Below, piece after piece: positions 12,788 to 26,500 of a stretch of 64,000 bases of DNA (positions are counted from its first letter, which is position 1; every line of letters begins with the position of its first letter). Origin of the DNA: Monocercomonoides exilis PA203 (taxonomy: Eukaryota > Protista > Preaxostyla); assembly GCA_001643675.2 (NCBI GenBank), contig LSRY02000052.1, positions 62,001 to 126,000 of the forward strand, in the 5' to 3' direction. A model generated the notes under the pieces. That model saw nothing but the letters and a program-made list of their open reading frames with translations. It made no database searches and was not told where the DNA came from. A program made the position numbers and the translations under genes.

Positions 12788-15105
12788 ATGATGTTTGATT
12801 TTGTAGAGTTTATTTGAAATTACGAATAAATTGATTTTAAACTAACTTTTACAGGAAATGCAGTAAATATCTGTGGAAATCTCGGGTTGAATTGGCGCTT
12901 TTGTTTTCAATAATGGCCGTTACTATCCCTTTTGGGTTGCTGACACCCATGCTTCCTGTTGTTGTGCGAGGTTTTCTTTTGTTTAAATTTCTTGAAATAA
13001 TAAATCTATTTCCAGAACTTGGTGGTGGAAACATTGGTTACGCAAGTTTACTTGCATCATATAATATTGCCAATTTTATTGGATCGCTTTGCGTCGGAAC
13101 TTTCAGTGATTTTATTGGGAGAAAGGTTTATTTTTATAATGTTTTTCTGTTTTCTCAAAATTTGCTCTTTTAGACAACTATTCTAATATGTCTTGTTTGT
13201 GTTGGAATTGCAAACACAATGCTAGCATTTGCAAAAACAATTCCTACAATGATTATTTGTCGTTCGTTGACTGGGTTTTTTGCTTGTACCACTTCTGTTG
13301 CCATGACAATTACGTCTGATAGAATACCAATTGCATCAGAACGTACAACATGGTTTGGATGGTACGCTTCTTGCCTCGGACTTGGAATTGCACTTGGACC
13401 AGTTATTGGAGGAGCCTTGTCTAACTATCCACTCTATGTGCCGTGCTATGTTTGTGCAGGATTTATTGTTCTTGCTTTGATTGCTGTGCTATGGGTGGTG
13501 AAAGAAACGCTTCCAAAGGATAAGAGATTGAAGTGCATTCGTCGGAAAAAGCAGTTCACTCCAAGCCGCGAAGAACAGAGCGAATCAGAGAACAACAAAA
13601 GTTTTAACAAAGGAGACTCAGATAATTCTTCAAATAACGCAAATGATGAAAAGCAAGGAGAAGCACTTAAAGACGGAGTAAGCGACAGTACAAGCAAGCA
13701 ACTATCAAATAAAAGAGGCAGCATCATTTCAAATACAGTTGATTTGTCGGGTGACATGTCATTTGATTCAGAAATTGCAGCTTCGGCCGCTGCATCGCCA
13801 TTTCCTGAAGTCGAGCAGCCTCAACTCTCTCTTTCGGGCACGGCCATTTTGCCTTCAACCTCTCTTCCTCAAAATGAAATACAAATGTCTTCCAGTGGCC
13901 CTGCACAAGCTCCACCTCATAATCCTAGCACTTCATCATCTTCTCCTTCTCAATCAACTTGCCGTGTCATTTTCTCCATCCCGTACATGCTGACATTGAT
14001 TAACAATTTTACATCCACATTTCAATACAGCGCCATTCAAACTTTCCTCCCTCCTCTGTGCATTGACCGATTTGGCTTTTCGTCTGCCTATATTGGCTAT
14101 GCGTCAATGAGCTATGGAATTGGGCTGTTTATTATTCAGCTGGTGTTTATCCCACTTCTTGTTCCGCGGCTTGGACAAAAGGTGCTTTTGATATCTGGTG
14201 TGATTGTAGCTGCGCTGGCGCTTTGCTTGTTGGCTTTTGCAAACAAGACGTCAGCGACTGTCTTCGTCTTCTGCGCTTTGTTTGGCTTGGGGCAAGGCTT
14301 TGTGATTCCCACAGCAAATGCAATTTTCTCGCATTTTGGTACACCTCAGTCAAAGGGAAGAGTGATGGGGGTGGCGCAGTGTGCAGCTGCTCTTTCAAGA
14401 ACTGTGGCGCCGATTGTGGTCACTTTCTTTTACGAGACGAAGGACTACCTGGCGCCTGTGATATCTGGCGGTGTTGGGGTGCTTGGGGCGCTTCTGCTGA
14501 TCCCTGTGAAGATTAAAATGCCATCAAAGGCGAAAGGAAAGGATAGTGGGAAAAAGACAAGTAAAGACGAAGAGTCTGGAATTGCCACAGGTTCAGAAAG
14601 CAAAAGTGAAGGAAGTTACGATAAATCGTCTGGCTCAATGGAGGGAAATGATGGCAGAATGTTGAAGGAATCAGAAGAACAGCTCCAACAAAAGCAAAAA
14701 CAATATGTTACATCCATTGATGCTAAACAGGAAGAGAAGAAAAGAGACCTCAAAGAGAGAAGAGAAGAGATTATTGAAATTGTTCCTCTGAAAGAAATGG
14801 AAGAAAAAGGGATTTCATTTGACGAATTGGGGCGTGTAGTGATAGTCAATGATAAAGAAGAGAGCGATCGATATTCTGATCTAAATGCCTTTGCAGCTCC
14901 ATTGACACCAACATCGCATTCATCTTCTCATTCTGCATATCACCCGTCTCAGGCAGATCTGCCAATTATTGATCCGTATGCGCGATCAGTCGCCACTCCA
15001 AAGGCGCACTCTGTTTCTGGAGCGCTGAAAAAACCGAAAACAACAAAAAAGAAAAAGAAAAAGACAAGACAATATGTTCAGGTTGGCTTTGATATTAGCG
15101 CTTAG
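12788..15105 (+). CDS. Major facilitator superfamily transporter (DHA1/TetA-like) with expanded central loop and C-terminal tail
   Basis: Motif A GTFSDFIGRK, motif C-like GLGIALGPVIGG and two hydrophobic six-helix halves. Three small introns join ATG 12788 to ORFs 12892-13173 and 13219-15105. Confidence 0.85.
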
Positions 15106-16179
15106 CAAGAGAATAAGGTTGTTATGATTGAAACATTTTTTTTTTGAGATTTTTTCTTTCTTCATTTCTTATTTGTTTTGTAATTTGCATGTGTTACATA
15201 AGAATTGAAAGCTTATTATTATTATTTCTATTCTTCTTCAAAAACGTTTTTATTTTTCATCATTTTATTGAAGTGATTGTTATTATTAACATGAGTGAAG
15301 ATCATTTTTTTGATTTTTATTCTTGAAACGTTATTATTTGTTTCTTTTGTTAATTGTCATTTCTTTTGCAATTTTTTTGGAATGAGCTGATAGTGTGGGA
15401 GTTATCGAATATTTTATTTTTATTACACAGAAATTAGGAAATATACATAAATTGAAGTTATTGCTTTATTTGCAAATAATGCTTGAAACTGTGATGAATC
15501 TGAAAATTAAGATTTGTTATGAAAATATTAATTACGTTCTTTGTTTGAAGAAAAATATCAACAAAATATCGATCTGTTTGTTTGTTTCTTTTTTAAAAAT
15601 GAAATTCCTTTAACTTTTGAAACAAAGCATTATTTAAAAAACGAAAATTCAACTTACAAAAGCAAAAATAATTAAAATTAAAATAAAAATAAATCCAAAC
15701 ACTGAAAAAAAAATATAGTTTTTTTTCAAACAATAAGTTATCTTTCAAAAAAGTGCACTCAAAATAACGAAGAGAATGATTCGTTCATTCAATTCGAGTT
15801 TTCTTCAATCAACAAAAGAAAATGCACTTTTCTTTATCACTTGGAAAACACAAAATTTAAAAAATATATTCATTCAATTGAAAAGGGTGACAGTTACAAT
15901 AAACGAAAAGCTACTTCAGAATGCAAATTATTGCCAAAAAAATCAAAAATAACAAAGAAATCAAAGTAAAACAGAGTAAAAATTATCGTTTTTTTGTAAC
16001 AAAAACTAAAAAAGCAACAAACACAAAAAGAAGAAAATTAACTAAAACTTGTAAAAAAATTCTATTTTTAAGACAATGAAAAATGAAAAATTTTCTGTAA
16101 TAACATCGATAACTTTCAAAACAGTCATCGATCTGCAACAGCAGCAACAACAAAAATAAAAATAAAAATATTATTATTT

Positions 16180-19006
16180 TCAATTTTGAGATTCTTTTCC
16201 TTGCTCGTTCATGATTGACCACAAAGTTTGCAATGGTGATGCTTCTATGGACTGCTCAGCTGTCATATTCTGGTTTGATGCATCATCGCTCAACTCTTCT
16301 TCCTCTTCCTCTTCCTCCTCCTCTTCTTCTTCTTCATCGTCATCTTCTTCGTTATCTTCTTCTTCTTCTAATTTTTCAAAGGAATTATTCAGTTGATCAT
16401 TTCCTGTTACAATTTCTTCTTTGTTCAATCCACCCTCTTGTTCAGCATCTTCCTTTTGAGGATTGCTGCCAATTTTGCTCTGATGGGACATGCTCAGCTC
16501 TTCCTTGCCATTCTCCTGTGCAGACAAATCGTTATTCTTTATTGATCCTTCAGATTCGCCTTCTTTCTTTTCATAATGCAAAGATGGATTAAAACCAGCT
16601 TCTTTTGAGATTTCATCATCAGGATCATTGCTCTTTTGCTTTGACGATAATGAAGCACCACTAGCATTCTCTGTTGCAGAAGACGAACTCTGAATATTCG
16701 AAAGGATTGTCGGAGGAGGTGAAATTGACTGTGAATTCTTGCGAGAAGCTTCACATTGCTTGTCGCTTTCGCAAATCTGATCTTTTGATGAGTTTTCTGT
16801 TTGACCGATTTTTTCATTCATTTCGTCAGGTATGGATTTTTCTCCTTTGTTTTTGTGAGCAGATTCTTGAATGTTCAAGTTTGTGTTGTGATTCCCAAGA
16901 TCTTCTCCTTTTGATATTGTTGCTGCTGTTTCATTGCCTTTTCCGTTTTCATTCAACTTTCTTTCTTCCTCTGTATTCTTACTACCAACACTTTCAGCAC
17001 TTCGCACTTTTTCTGAACTTTCCCCATTTCTAGCACTGTTCACATTTGAGAACACACCAGTCACCATTGCTTGCTCCTTCTCCTTCTCCTTCTCCTTTTC
17101 CTCCTTCCTCCTCTTCTCCTCCTCTTCCTTCCTCCTCTTCTCCTCCTCCTCCCTCTGCATCCGCATCAGCACTTTCTTCGAGTTCGGATCAACTCTTCTG
17201 AACTCCTCCCAATCAATCAGAATTCGCGACCTCCTTCTGTTGAACCGCTGCTCCGTGTGCTGCCTCACTTTCTGTTTGTATTTCTCTGAGCCAAAGTACT
17301 TCTTTGCCCTGTGCGAACAAGGATACAGAAAGTCCTCCTTCATCCAGTGCACACGCGACCGCACCCACACATACTCCTCTTTCTCTGGCTTATTATTATT
17401 GTTATTATTATTAGTTTTATCAATTGTCTGAGGATAACTGCTGATGTTTTGTGTGTTTGAAGAAAAACTGCCTGAACGTGAAGAAGAAGATGATGACCTG
17501 GTGGGTGTGGAAGAAGAAGAAGAAGAAGAAGAGGAGGAAGCTGATGAATCAGCAGCATTGATGATTGTTGGTTGTGTTTGTGAATACGAATGAGGGTGGG
17601 AATAAGCTGTTGACGTGAGGGCGGTGTGTGGTGATGTGGGATATGAAGACAGAGAAGAGGAGGAAGAGGAAGAGGAGGAAGAAGAATTAGATGATGATGA
17701 AGAAGAAGACGATGATGATGTGGAAGAAAAAGGCGATCCTTTGAAAAACGACGAAATGGCTGAAAGAAACGAGACCTGTGGAGAAGGCAGCACAGTCACT
17801 GGGTCTGAAAAGAGAGGGTTCATGAAGGATTCTGAGTGAGCGTCTTCAGAAAGAGGAGGAGGGTATTTCTTGTGCGTTTGCGGATGGGGCTGAGAATGAG
17901 CGTGATGTTGTTGATGCTGATGAAGATTTGGCTGTTGATATTGCTGTATATATCTCGAGTGTTTTGAAGGTGTATGGCTCGTCCTTTGAGAATGCAAAGG
18001 GAGTGACTGCTGGCTGCCTGGTGAGGATGGGACGGGTGTTGGTGGAAGAGGAGGGGAAGGCGTGAATGAATGCTGAGTGGAGAGTGGGTGATTGGAGGGA
18101 GAAGAAGAAGGAGCTGAAGCTGACAATGAGGAGGAGAAGGAGGAAGAGGAGGAGGAAGAAGCGGAAGAAGAGGAAGAAGAGGAAGGAGAAGGAGAGGCAG
18201 AAGAAGCAGAGAAAGAATGTGAATGAGGCTGAGAGGGAAAAGAAGCATGTTGGATATTTGGCTGGGAAGAGGATAATCTTTCAGAAGAATTGAGAGGAGG
18301 TGATGTTTCAGAGTGTGTTGGGGCAGAATCAGAAGAGAGTGAAGTGAAGGAGAAGGTGGCTGGGTGAGGGTGTGATGTGGATGAAGTGGAAGAAGAGGAG
18401 GAGGAGGAGAAAGAGGGAGAAGAAGAAAGAGAAGAAGAAGAAACAGATGATGTTGAAGAGGAAGAGGAAGAAAAATTTAGATCAGTCTGTGAAATGGAGA
18501 GAGAACGGAACAAAGGTATCCCAAATCCGTCAGAAGACATTGAATTGGCAGTTTTATCAGAAGAATTGGAAGAATTTGAAGAAGAAGAAGAAGAAGGAGA
18601 AGAAGAAGAAGAAGAAGAACCAGAAGAAGAAGAAGAAGTAGTAGTAGAAGAAGAAGCCAGAGGAGTCACTTTAAACGACGCAGAGTGTCTTGCATGGCTC
18701 CTCTTTCTTCTCGGCGTGGCATTCACAAATTTCCCATCATCGTCCACAGAAGACAAAATATTCAGGTTTCCCTGCTGTTCCTCCACCAGCGCTATTTCGA
18801 GTGGAATGTAGCTCTTTTCGTAGCAGCAGCCCAAATGCACGGCAAACGACACGGCAGACAGACCTCGCTTGCGAATCCAGGGGGCAAGCTGCCAGAACAG
18901 GAAACGGAACCAGGACTGAAATATTGCCGGTGATAGAGGAGGAAAAGATTCATAAGAACAAGATAAATTAGAAAAAATAAAGGAAAAAAAAATTGTTTGA
19001 TGAAAA

Positions 19007-19039
<33 letters not shown>

Positions 19040-21158
19040 CATTAAAATATTTTGATTTAAAGTTAAAAAAAAATAAGTATAGTTTTATGATGTTTGGAAA
19101 TTAGTTAATTCTTTCATTTTGCATTCAGCCACTCTCATTCACACCTCAGCCTGTGGCGTCAGGAAATGAAACCCGTCATAAAATATCGCGTTATGAAAAA
19201 ACTCTGGTTTGTTCGCCAAAAAATCTCTTTTGCTTTTCTCAGTCAGTTCTTTCCACATCTGCAGCACTTCCCTTCCACAGCCTGAACCCGGCCGTCTCTG
19301 CCCTGGAAGAGGAGGGCGGGTGACAAGGAACGCTGGGTCGATGCGTTGTGTGGGGTTGGCTCCTGGCTGGAACTGGGTTTGGAACTGAAGCTGGTACTGA
19401 AGCTGAGATAGAGATTGTGATTGTGATTGAGATTGAGACAGCATCTGTTCCTTTGCCCCCGCCGCCACAAACATCTTCCGCGGGTCCTGCAGCAGGAGAT
19501 ACTCAATCGTCACCACATTCAGCGTCTGCGTGCCCAGCGCCTCGTTCATCATCGCCCGGGTTTCCTTGTCGTTCGGAGAAATCTTCTGAAATGAAGAAAA
19601 GTCAGACAGGAAGTGTGTTGAGTCCACACGCACACAGCACACCCCAAGCAGCCGGTCGTAAATGTCGGGTGCTACTGGCAGGGCGCTGGATGTGGGCTGT
19701 TGCTGCTGTTGAGAAGAAGAAGAAGAAGAAGAAGAAAAAGAATATGATGATGATGATGAAGTTGAATTGGAAATAGATGATGATGAAAATACTGAAGAAG
19801 AAGAAGACGAAGACGATGATGACGATAAAGTCGAAAAAGAACAGGAGCCTCCTTCAGCGCCTGCGGCCTGTGGAAACGACGCGCCGGCAGAAGGGTTGGC
19901 CAGCAGCGGCGGAGAAGCCGAAGGTGATGAGGGGATCAGTGGAGGGCAGAAGACAGACTGGTACGAAGAAAGCGAGGAAACCAACGAGGCGTCCCGCTGG
20001 CTCTGCCGCAGCTGTTCCTCGATGGACGTGCAGGAGAGCGTTAGAGAGGCAGACACTGCTGCAAACGGAGACAACTGCGGCAGAACAGACGGCTCAGTGC
20101 TGCTTCTTGTGGCCTCGTGCGAATTCAGTGAAGAAATGCCAAGAGCTGATAAATCGCTGTCTTCTTCTTTTTCAGAGCTTAGCTCTGAAGACACTTGATT
20201 CGTGGTCTTTGGAAAGACTTTTGGCGTCTGATTTGTTTTTGGAGACGCAGTTCGGGTTGAAAAAGACGGTTGAGCAGACGAATATGAATGGAGGTTATTT
20301 CCATTTGGAATGCGTGTCAAATCCTCCACATTCACTTGAGATTCCATTGATTCTGTTTTGCTATTGCTTTTGGGTGACAAGGTTAATGATGAAGAATTGG
20401 TTGATGGTTGTTTGCTCCAAAGTCGTGGGATTGTCGTTGTGAAAAAAGATGATATTGAGGTCCACATTGAAGTCCTTGGCTCGTTTTTTGGTGAAATCTT
20501 GCCATCAGAAGAGGATAATGTTGTAGTTGATGAAGATGATGACGTTGGCGAATGAGGTAATTGCTTTGTCTGATGAATCGAAGCTAAACGCGATTTTGCT
20601 CCGGAAAAAGAAAGTTCTCCTGGCTGTTTCTTTTGCCGAGTCACATAATTCAATAGATAATAAGGAGAAGCAATTGATTCTTCAACTTCTTCGTTAAGGG
20701 CTTCTGAAGAAGGACCCAAATCCGAAGAAGGAAATCTGTTTGCTACTAATGCTTCAAGTGATTGGGCGTTTTGATTCTCTCCATGTGAAGCAGTTGCAAT
20801 TTGCTTCAGTTTTTTTGGTGTAAAAGACAACGGAGGATTTGCAGGTGCAAGATGAAAATAAATTTTATGAACAAAAGGGTCTCTTGTATCCATACGGAGC
20901 TCAATATCATTCGCATCAATTCCATGTTGCTGGAGAACCTTTGTAATTCCTGATAATAACAATTAATTTCAATTTCAAATTGTAATGAATGTAAATCACA
21001 CCATAATGATCTAAAAATAAAAATATCTCTTCTTCTGAATATAATCCCATGAATTGAGAAGAAACAGTTCTACTTCCAGGGTCCGGAGAAATGAGATCGT
21101 CTAGATCTGAACAATCAAAAAGATTTACCTGTGAAAAATCATCTCTGAATGAAAGCAT
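16180..21158 (-). CDS. Conserved uncharacterised domain protein (LPGQxxPGxG type) with very large Ser-rich insertions; three exons
   Basis: ORFs 20916-21158, 19139-20962 and 16180-18852 splice in frame (DHYG|ITK; QAE|SWFR). Conserved-looking blocks: FMGLYSEEE, IEYLLLQDPR, RPPLPGQRRPGSGCG, LANKPEFFHNAIFY, FLYPCSHRAKKYFGSEKY. Confidence 0.7.
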
Positions 21159-21425
21159 GTAATTTTCAAATAAAGAATTATTAGGTTTTGGTGAAGTGAT
21201 ACTCCAGAAAATGTAAATGAGAGCGTGGTGATAATCTCTCGATCAAAATTACCATCACATAATTATTTATAAGAATATTTATATTTGTTAATTATTTTTG
21301 AATGTTCAATGGATTATTTTCAAAAAATATAAAGATAGAAATTTTTGAAATGTCAAATAACAATGAAATAAAAACGCGAAATACTAAATTTTCGTTTAAC
21401 GCAATATTTCTGAGCTTAGGGAATT

Positions 21426-22442
21426 CTAATTCCCTTTCCTTTTCATGTGTTTACGTCTTTGTCCTTGCTCTTTCTTTAATTTGTCAAAGCGATGAGTTTT
21501 GTTCTTTCTATGAAAAATGGAACGCTTTGGTTTGTAAATATCATTCTTGCTCCATTTGCTATAAAGATACATTCCCATGAACGTTGTGATGCATCCAAAA
21601 AGTTGTATTCCTGTAATTTTTTGAGAAAAAAGAAAATATGATGCAACGATGGATGGAATTTTATTAACAATATTTAGTATTGTGTATCCGGTAACACTTA
21701 AAGAATCAAGCGAGAAAAATCGCAAAACTGTCAAGAAAAGTGAAAGGGTTCCAGCAATATATATCCAAAATGAATTCTTCGTCTGCATAAAATCCAAAAA
21801 CACAGAAGGTTTTGTAGACGATAAAAATGATGATAACATCATAAGGGAAGAGAACAATGAGTTGTAGAATGTCAATTCAACTGGTGAAATATCGGTCCTC
21901 TTCAACAAATGCTTTCCATATAAACTTTGTGATTCATGAGCCAATATATGAACAAACATCCATATGTATCCTATGTATGATGTTTGAATCTCTTTGAATG
22001 AGTACATCACAGCGCCAACAAGAATAATTACAAGAGACAAAATTGTTTTCCAATGAAATATTCTCCCAAAAAGCAGTACTTCCATAGCAGCTACTATAAT
22101 AAGATCAATGTTATGAATTGTTGTGATTGTAGAAATGCTAAGATTGCTCAAAGCTTTAAAATTTGTAATATAGCTGATTGTTGTGAAAAAGGCAATGGGA
22201 AAGCACTGCTTAACAGCAGATAAGGAAAATATAGTTTTACGCTGAGATATAACTAGATATAGAGATACTCCAGTTAAAGTAAAAATGGCTTGCACGAAAG
22301 ATAAAGCTGAAGAATTTGGAAAAGCACGAATCGCCATCTTATTTACGATTGAAACCTGTGTAGATAAAATACTTTCGAAAATAATGATACTCAAATTCAT
22401 GAATGAAAATGATTTTTCATTTGATACAGATTTTTTCCCCAT
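21426..22442 (-). CDS. Nucleotide-sugar transporter (DMT/TPT superfamily, GDP-mannose/SLC35D-like)
   Basis: About ten TM segments. Motifs SIVNK, KALSNLSISTITT, GYIW, LTFYNSL and ILNIVNKIP. Basic C-terminal tail. Confidence 0.8.
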   Translation of the reverse strand: MGKKSVSNEKSFSFMNLSIIIFESILSTQVSIVNKMAIRAFPNSSALSFVQAIFTLTGVSLYLVISQRKTIFSLSAVKQCFPIAFFTTISYITNFKALSNLSISTITTIHNIDLIIVAAMEVLLFGRIFHWKTILSLVIILVGAVMYSFKEIQTSYIGYIWMFVHILAHESQSLYGKHLLKRTDISPVELTFYNSLFSSLMMLSSFLSSTKPSVFLDFMQTKNSFWIYIAGTLSLFLTVLRFFSLDSLSVTGYTILNIVNKIPSIVASYFLFSQKITGIQLFGCITTFMGMYLYSKWSKNDIYKPKRSIFHRKNKTHRFDKLKKEQGQRRKHMKRKGN

Positions 22443-22864
22443 GACCTCAAAAAATTGAATTCTTCAAAAAAAGAAAACACTAAATATGTGACTATGGGAA
22501 TATGTCTTTTCTTTGTTTTTATCCAATATGGTTAATAATTATTTTTTTGGTATAGAATGTTTTATTATTATTATTTTTATTATAATTATAACCATTTCTT
22601 TGTCTTTTTTCATATTTTCAGTAATTTTTTTATCAATAATATTTTATCGTAAAATAAATTGGTTTAAATTCTTCAATTTCTGATAAAAGCAAATGCTTGC
22701 TCCGAATTTTTCTGCTTTTAAATTAATATCAGTTATGCTTTTTTATAAAAAAAAGCAATTCATAAAAAAAATGAGTTTGATTAAATTCCTAAAGAGAAAA
22801 ATTTTGTTCTCTATTAAAAAAGTGGTTTTTTTTTCAAATTTCGCCTTATTTCGAATGAATCATC

Positions 22865-23375
22865 GGTAAATGCAGAAAATTGGGGTACCTGAATTTTGCC
22901 ATTATTTTGTAATTTCCTGCAATAAAAATCTTATTCACATTTATTCATGTGTTTCATATAAGTTACATATCAAATAAGAAAATTATGAAGGAAAAATGAA
23001 ACAAACAATTTCATATTCCAATTCATTTTAAAGGTTTTTAATATTTTGTTCCATTTAATAAATTTGATATGAAAAGGAAAAATTAAATTATTACCGTCAA
23101 ATACCAAGAAACAGGACGTAATATCATGCTTGTCAATGGTGCAACATCTAAAGAAGATTTTGGAGTTGTGGATAGCCGTAATGTTAAAAAGAATTTTTTT
23201 TGAAGTGAAAACTTTGGGGTTCTTTTTAACATGATTTATTCATTGATGCATTAAATTTTCTTCAAACCTAAAAAATCGTTGTTATTCATCTAATAAATAG
23301 CATGTGGCTTGATTATTATGCAGGATGAATGATTAGCTTTTAGATTTTTAGGTACCCCTATCTTCTGCTCTTACC
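22865..23375. mobile_element. 511-bp non-autonomous Merlin/IS1595-type element with 26-bp TIRs and perfect 8-bp TSD
   Basis: TIRs GGTAAATGCAGAAAATTGGGGTACCT / GGTAAGAGCAGAAGATAGGGGTACCT (22/26). Direct repeat GAATCATC at 22857-22864 and 23376-23383. GG termini with an 8-bp TSD are Merlin hallmarks. Confidence 0.85.
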
Positions 23376-23504
23376 GAATCATCTTCCCAATTTGCCAGTT
23401 TACATGCAACATTATTTCAATTAGATTTTAACATAAAGTTGTGTTATCTTATCAAGGATAATGTTTTGATTCAAATGAAAACTAATTATTTAACTAAATT
23501 TTAA

Positions 23505-26500
23505 TTGCTTTTCGTCCAAGAAAGAGCAAACCCCATGTATTTCACGATTTTTTGTATACGGATAATTATTTACGCTCTACTGTGCAAACCAGGTATCATT
23601 TGGAAAGGAGATGAATCCAAAAAGAACGATTCACAGGAATTTGGCATTGGAAGCCTTGGAGACGCAAGTGATTCAAACAAAAATGTGCCCTCCTCACATG
23701 ATATGAATGCAATCAATATGATGAAGTTTAATGTGGTGCAGGATTTGGATTCATCTGGCTGGCCACGAAATTCAGAAAAACGCTCAAAACGATTGCCGGT
23801 GGATGCAGAGAGGGCATTTTGTTATAAATTTCCTGCTGGCCTTGCCAATGATGATAAGTACAAGTGGAGCAGGATTTGCAGCCAGATGATAGTTCTGAAC
23901 TCGTCGTTGGCTGTTGAGCGAATAAATATCATCCAAAATGGCACATCTGCAATGTCTGTGAGAAATGAATTTTCTTTGTTATCCGTAAGTGACTGCATGA
24001 TAAGCGTGGTGACAGAAACAGAAGACTCTGCTTTTGAGTGCGCAGGAGGAACAACACGAATGACAAATAATTCTTTCCAAAGGTATTTTCCAAAGCAGGC
24101 ATGTCCATCTCTTATCTCAGCAAGCTCCTGCACACAACCTTTGATGGGAGGTGTTCATGTTTTGTGTTGCACATTTTCTTCATTTTGTGCCTCGTTTGTG
24201 AATCCGTTCATTGGAGATATCAATTTGTCGTTAACCTCAGCTTCTTTTTGCAGCTTCCACAATAAATCTGTTCAGAGCAGCAACAAACACTTCCCACAAA
24301 ATCATTCTTTGCAAGAGAGAAAATTGAAGGCTGCACGCTCACCGATTGCGTTTGCCCATTTTATTGAGTTCTTATCTCTGGCTCTTGTGGATGTGGCTTT
24401 GGCTCCTGGAACACTTCTTTCATTCGTTCGAGAAACAGCATTTCTCATCAGAACTTTACAAATATAGCAATCATTTTTAGAAGGAGAAATTAAATTCGTT
24501 GATTGCACTTTTACTGAATGCAGCGCTCTTCATGGAGGTGCTATCGCGGTTAGCGACAGTGCCAAACTTTTTATTGAAAAATGCTCATTTTCAGAATGCA
24601 TTGATACGTTTCCATACATATATGGATACGGAGGTGCAGTATTTAGCAATGGAAGTGAATGAAGCATTGAAAATTCATTATTTAATTGTGGCAGAGGAAC
24701 AGAAAGATCTTCAATTGGAGGAGCATTTGCTCATATAACAAATAATTTTTCTTTGATTCATGACTGCACTTTTGAAAACTGTTCAGCAGCTTATGGAGGA
24801 AGTGTTGGATGGTATATTGGTGGAAGTGGATCAATTTTCAACACTGTATTCCATCACAGCGGAGCATTTAGATATTATGCTGGAACAGTATTTTTGCATC
24901 ATCAAAAAGTCGATTTTGCGATGTCAAATTGCTATTTATTCGAAGGAGATGCTCCACAGGGTGCAGGAGGTTTTGACACTTCCGAAAATATCAATAATAA
25001 GATCATCAAAGTTCAGTTTTGCTTGTTTGAAAACAACACAGTGCAGAAATCGACACATGCAGTGATATTTTTGATGGAAAGGGATTTAGCTAGGATAATA
25101 ACACATTTCAGATATTGTAAAGTTTTTCACTTTCAACAGCTCCAAGAAAAGTTGTGCAATGCGTAGAATATGCTTGGGAATGTCGTGATAGAGGTGTTGC
25201 ATATGACCCATATCTGCCAGCTCCTCAGCCAGAAATACATGTAAGTAATTCTGGGAGAAACGTGGACACTTGTGGTAGAACAGGATCAGAATGTCAAACA
25301 GTGGAATATGGAGTGACAAGATGGAATTCATATTTGGGGCAGAATGTTTTGATGTCCAGCGAAGAATTCAAAGAAGATATGATTGACATCGAATGGAGAA
25401 ATATCATTCTCATTGGAACAGAGAGCAACTCAACTGCAATAAAATGCAACGAAGCCTCATTAACAGAATGTTTGATCTCCATCGGCAATGGTTCGCTGAA
25501 TGCAAAGAGATTCAATTTGTTTGTGTGTTCAACAGATCTGCAATTGCAATTGGCTCCTCTGGCTCAGTTCAGTTGGAGCTTTGCAGTTTCACCAAAAGCG
25601 CCCAATCGACTCCACCACCAACAAAATCCCTGATTCAGGTTGACGAAGGTTCACTAACGATGGAATTTGTAAATGTCTCTGGATTTGGATTTTCGCAAGG
25701 ATGTGCAATTGCTTTGTCGGATTGCAAGACTGTCTCTCTTGTCAATGCTTCTTTCAGGGATGTTGAGAGCGAGCAGAATGGCTGATGCCCGAAAGCAATG
25801 TGGAGCAAAGGGTTTAAGGATGGCTGTAATGCTTCAATAAGTGGATGCACATTTGAGCTTTGTGTTGTTTCTGGGGATGGAAATGGAGGTGACTCTCTGT
25901 TCCTCTCGCTACCAAGCACATTCTCAACAACAATTTCTGGATGTTCCTTCGAAGAGTGCGAGGCGCCTTTCGGTTCGCAGGAGGGATTCGAGGGAGGGAT
26001 CTTTCTGGATCTTGAGCACTCAGATGCAGTATTTGCCGTCACAAATCCTTCTTTTTCATCAGAAAAGCCAAACAAAGCTAAGCATGGAAACAACTTGTTT
26101 GTTCAATCTCCAGATCTGCAGAAATCGATCACGAACGAAACGCTTCATTTTGTTTATGTACTGGGGCACGGCTCCTTTGATGATTTGTGTGGGTTCCATG
26201 GAAATGATCATGAGCAATCGATTCCGTTGGTTCTGTTTCTGGAGGAAGTTCGAAGCACAGTCCATGTGGGAAGCGAGGATGGTGCTGATACTGTGGTGTG
26301 TGTATTCTTGGATTATCCGTGCCACTCGCTCAATTATTGTATGGAGAGGTTGGATGAAGAAAACGCAAAGACAGTAGCTATTCTTGCCTCAGCAACAATT
26401 GAAAACGAAACGACATTGCACAATTTGGATTTGAAATCATCAAACACTTCAAAAGCAGAAATCACTTGCGTCAAGTCGCTGCAGGCCTTAGCAAGAAAAA

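Noticed and set aside
17380-18660. GAA/GAG tandem tracts as a repeat array or a plus-strand poly-Glu gene
   Set aside because: They are the reverse complement of poly-Ser codons in the minus-strand gene and have no repeat-spacer structure.
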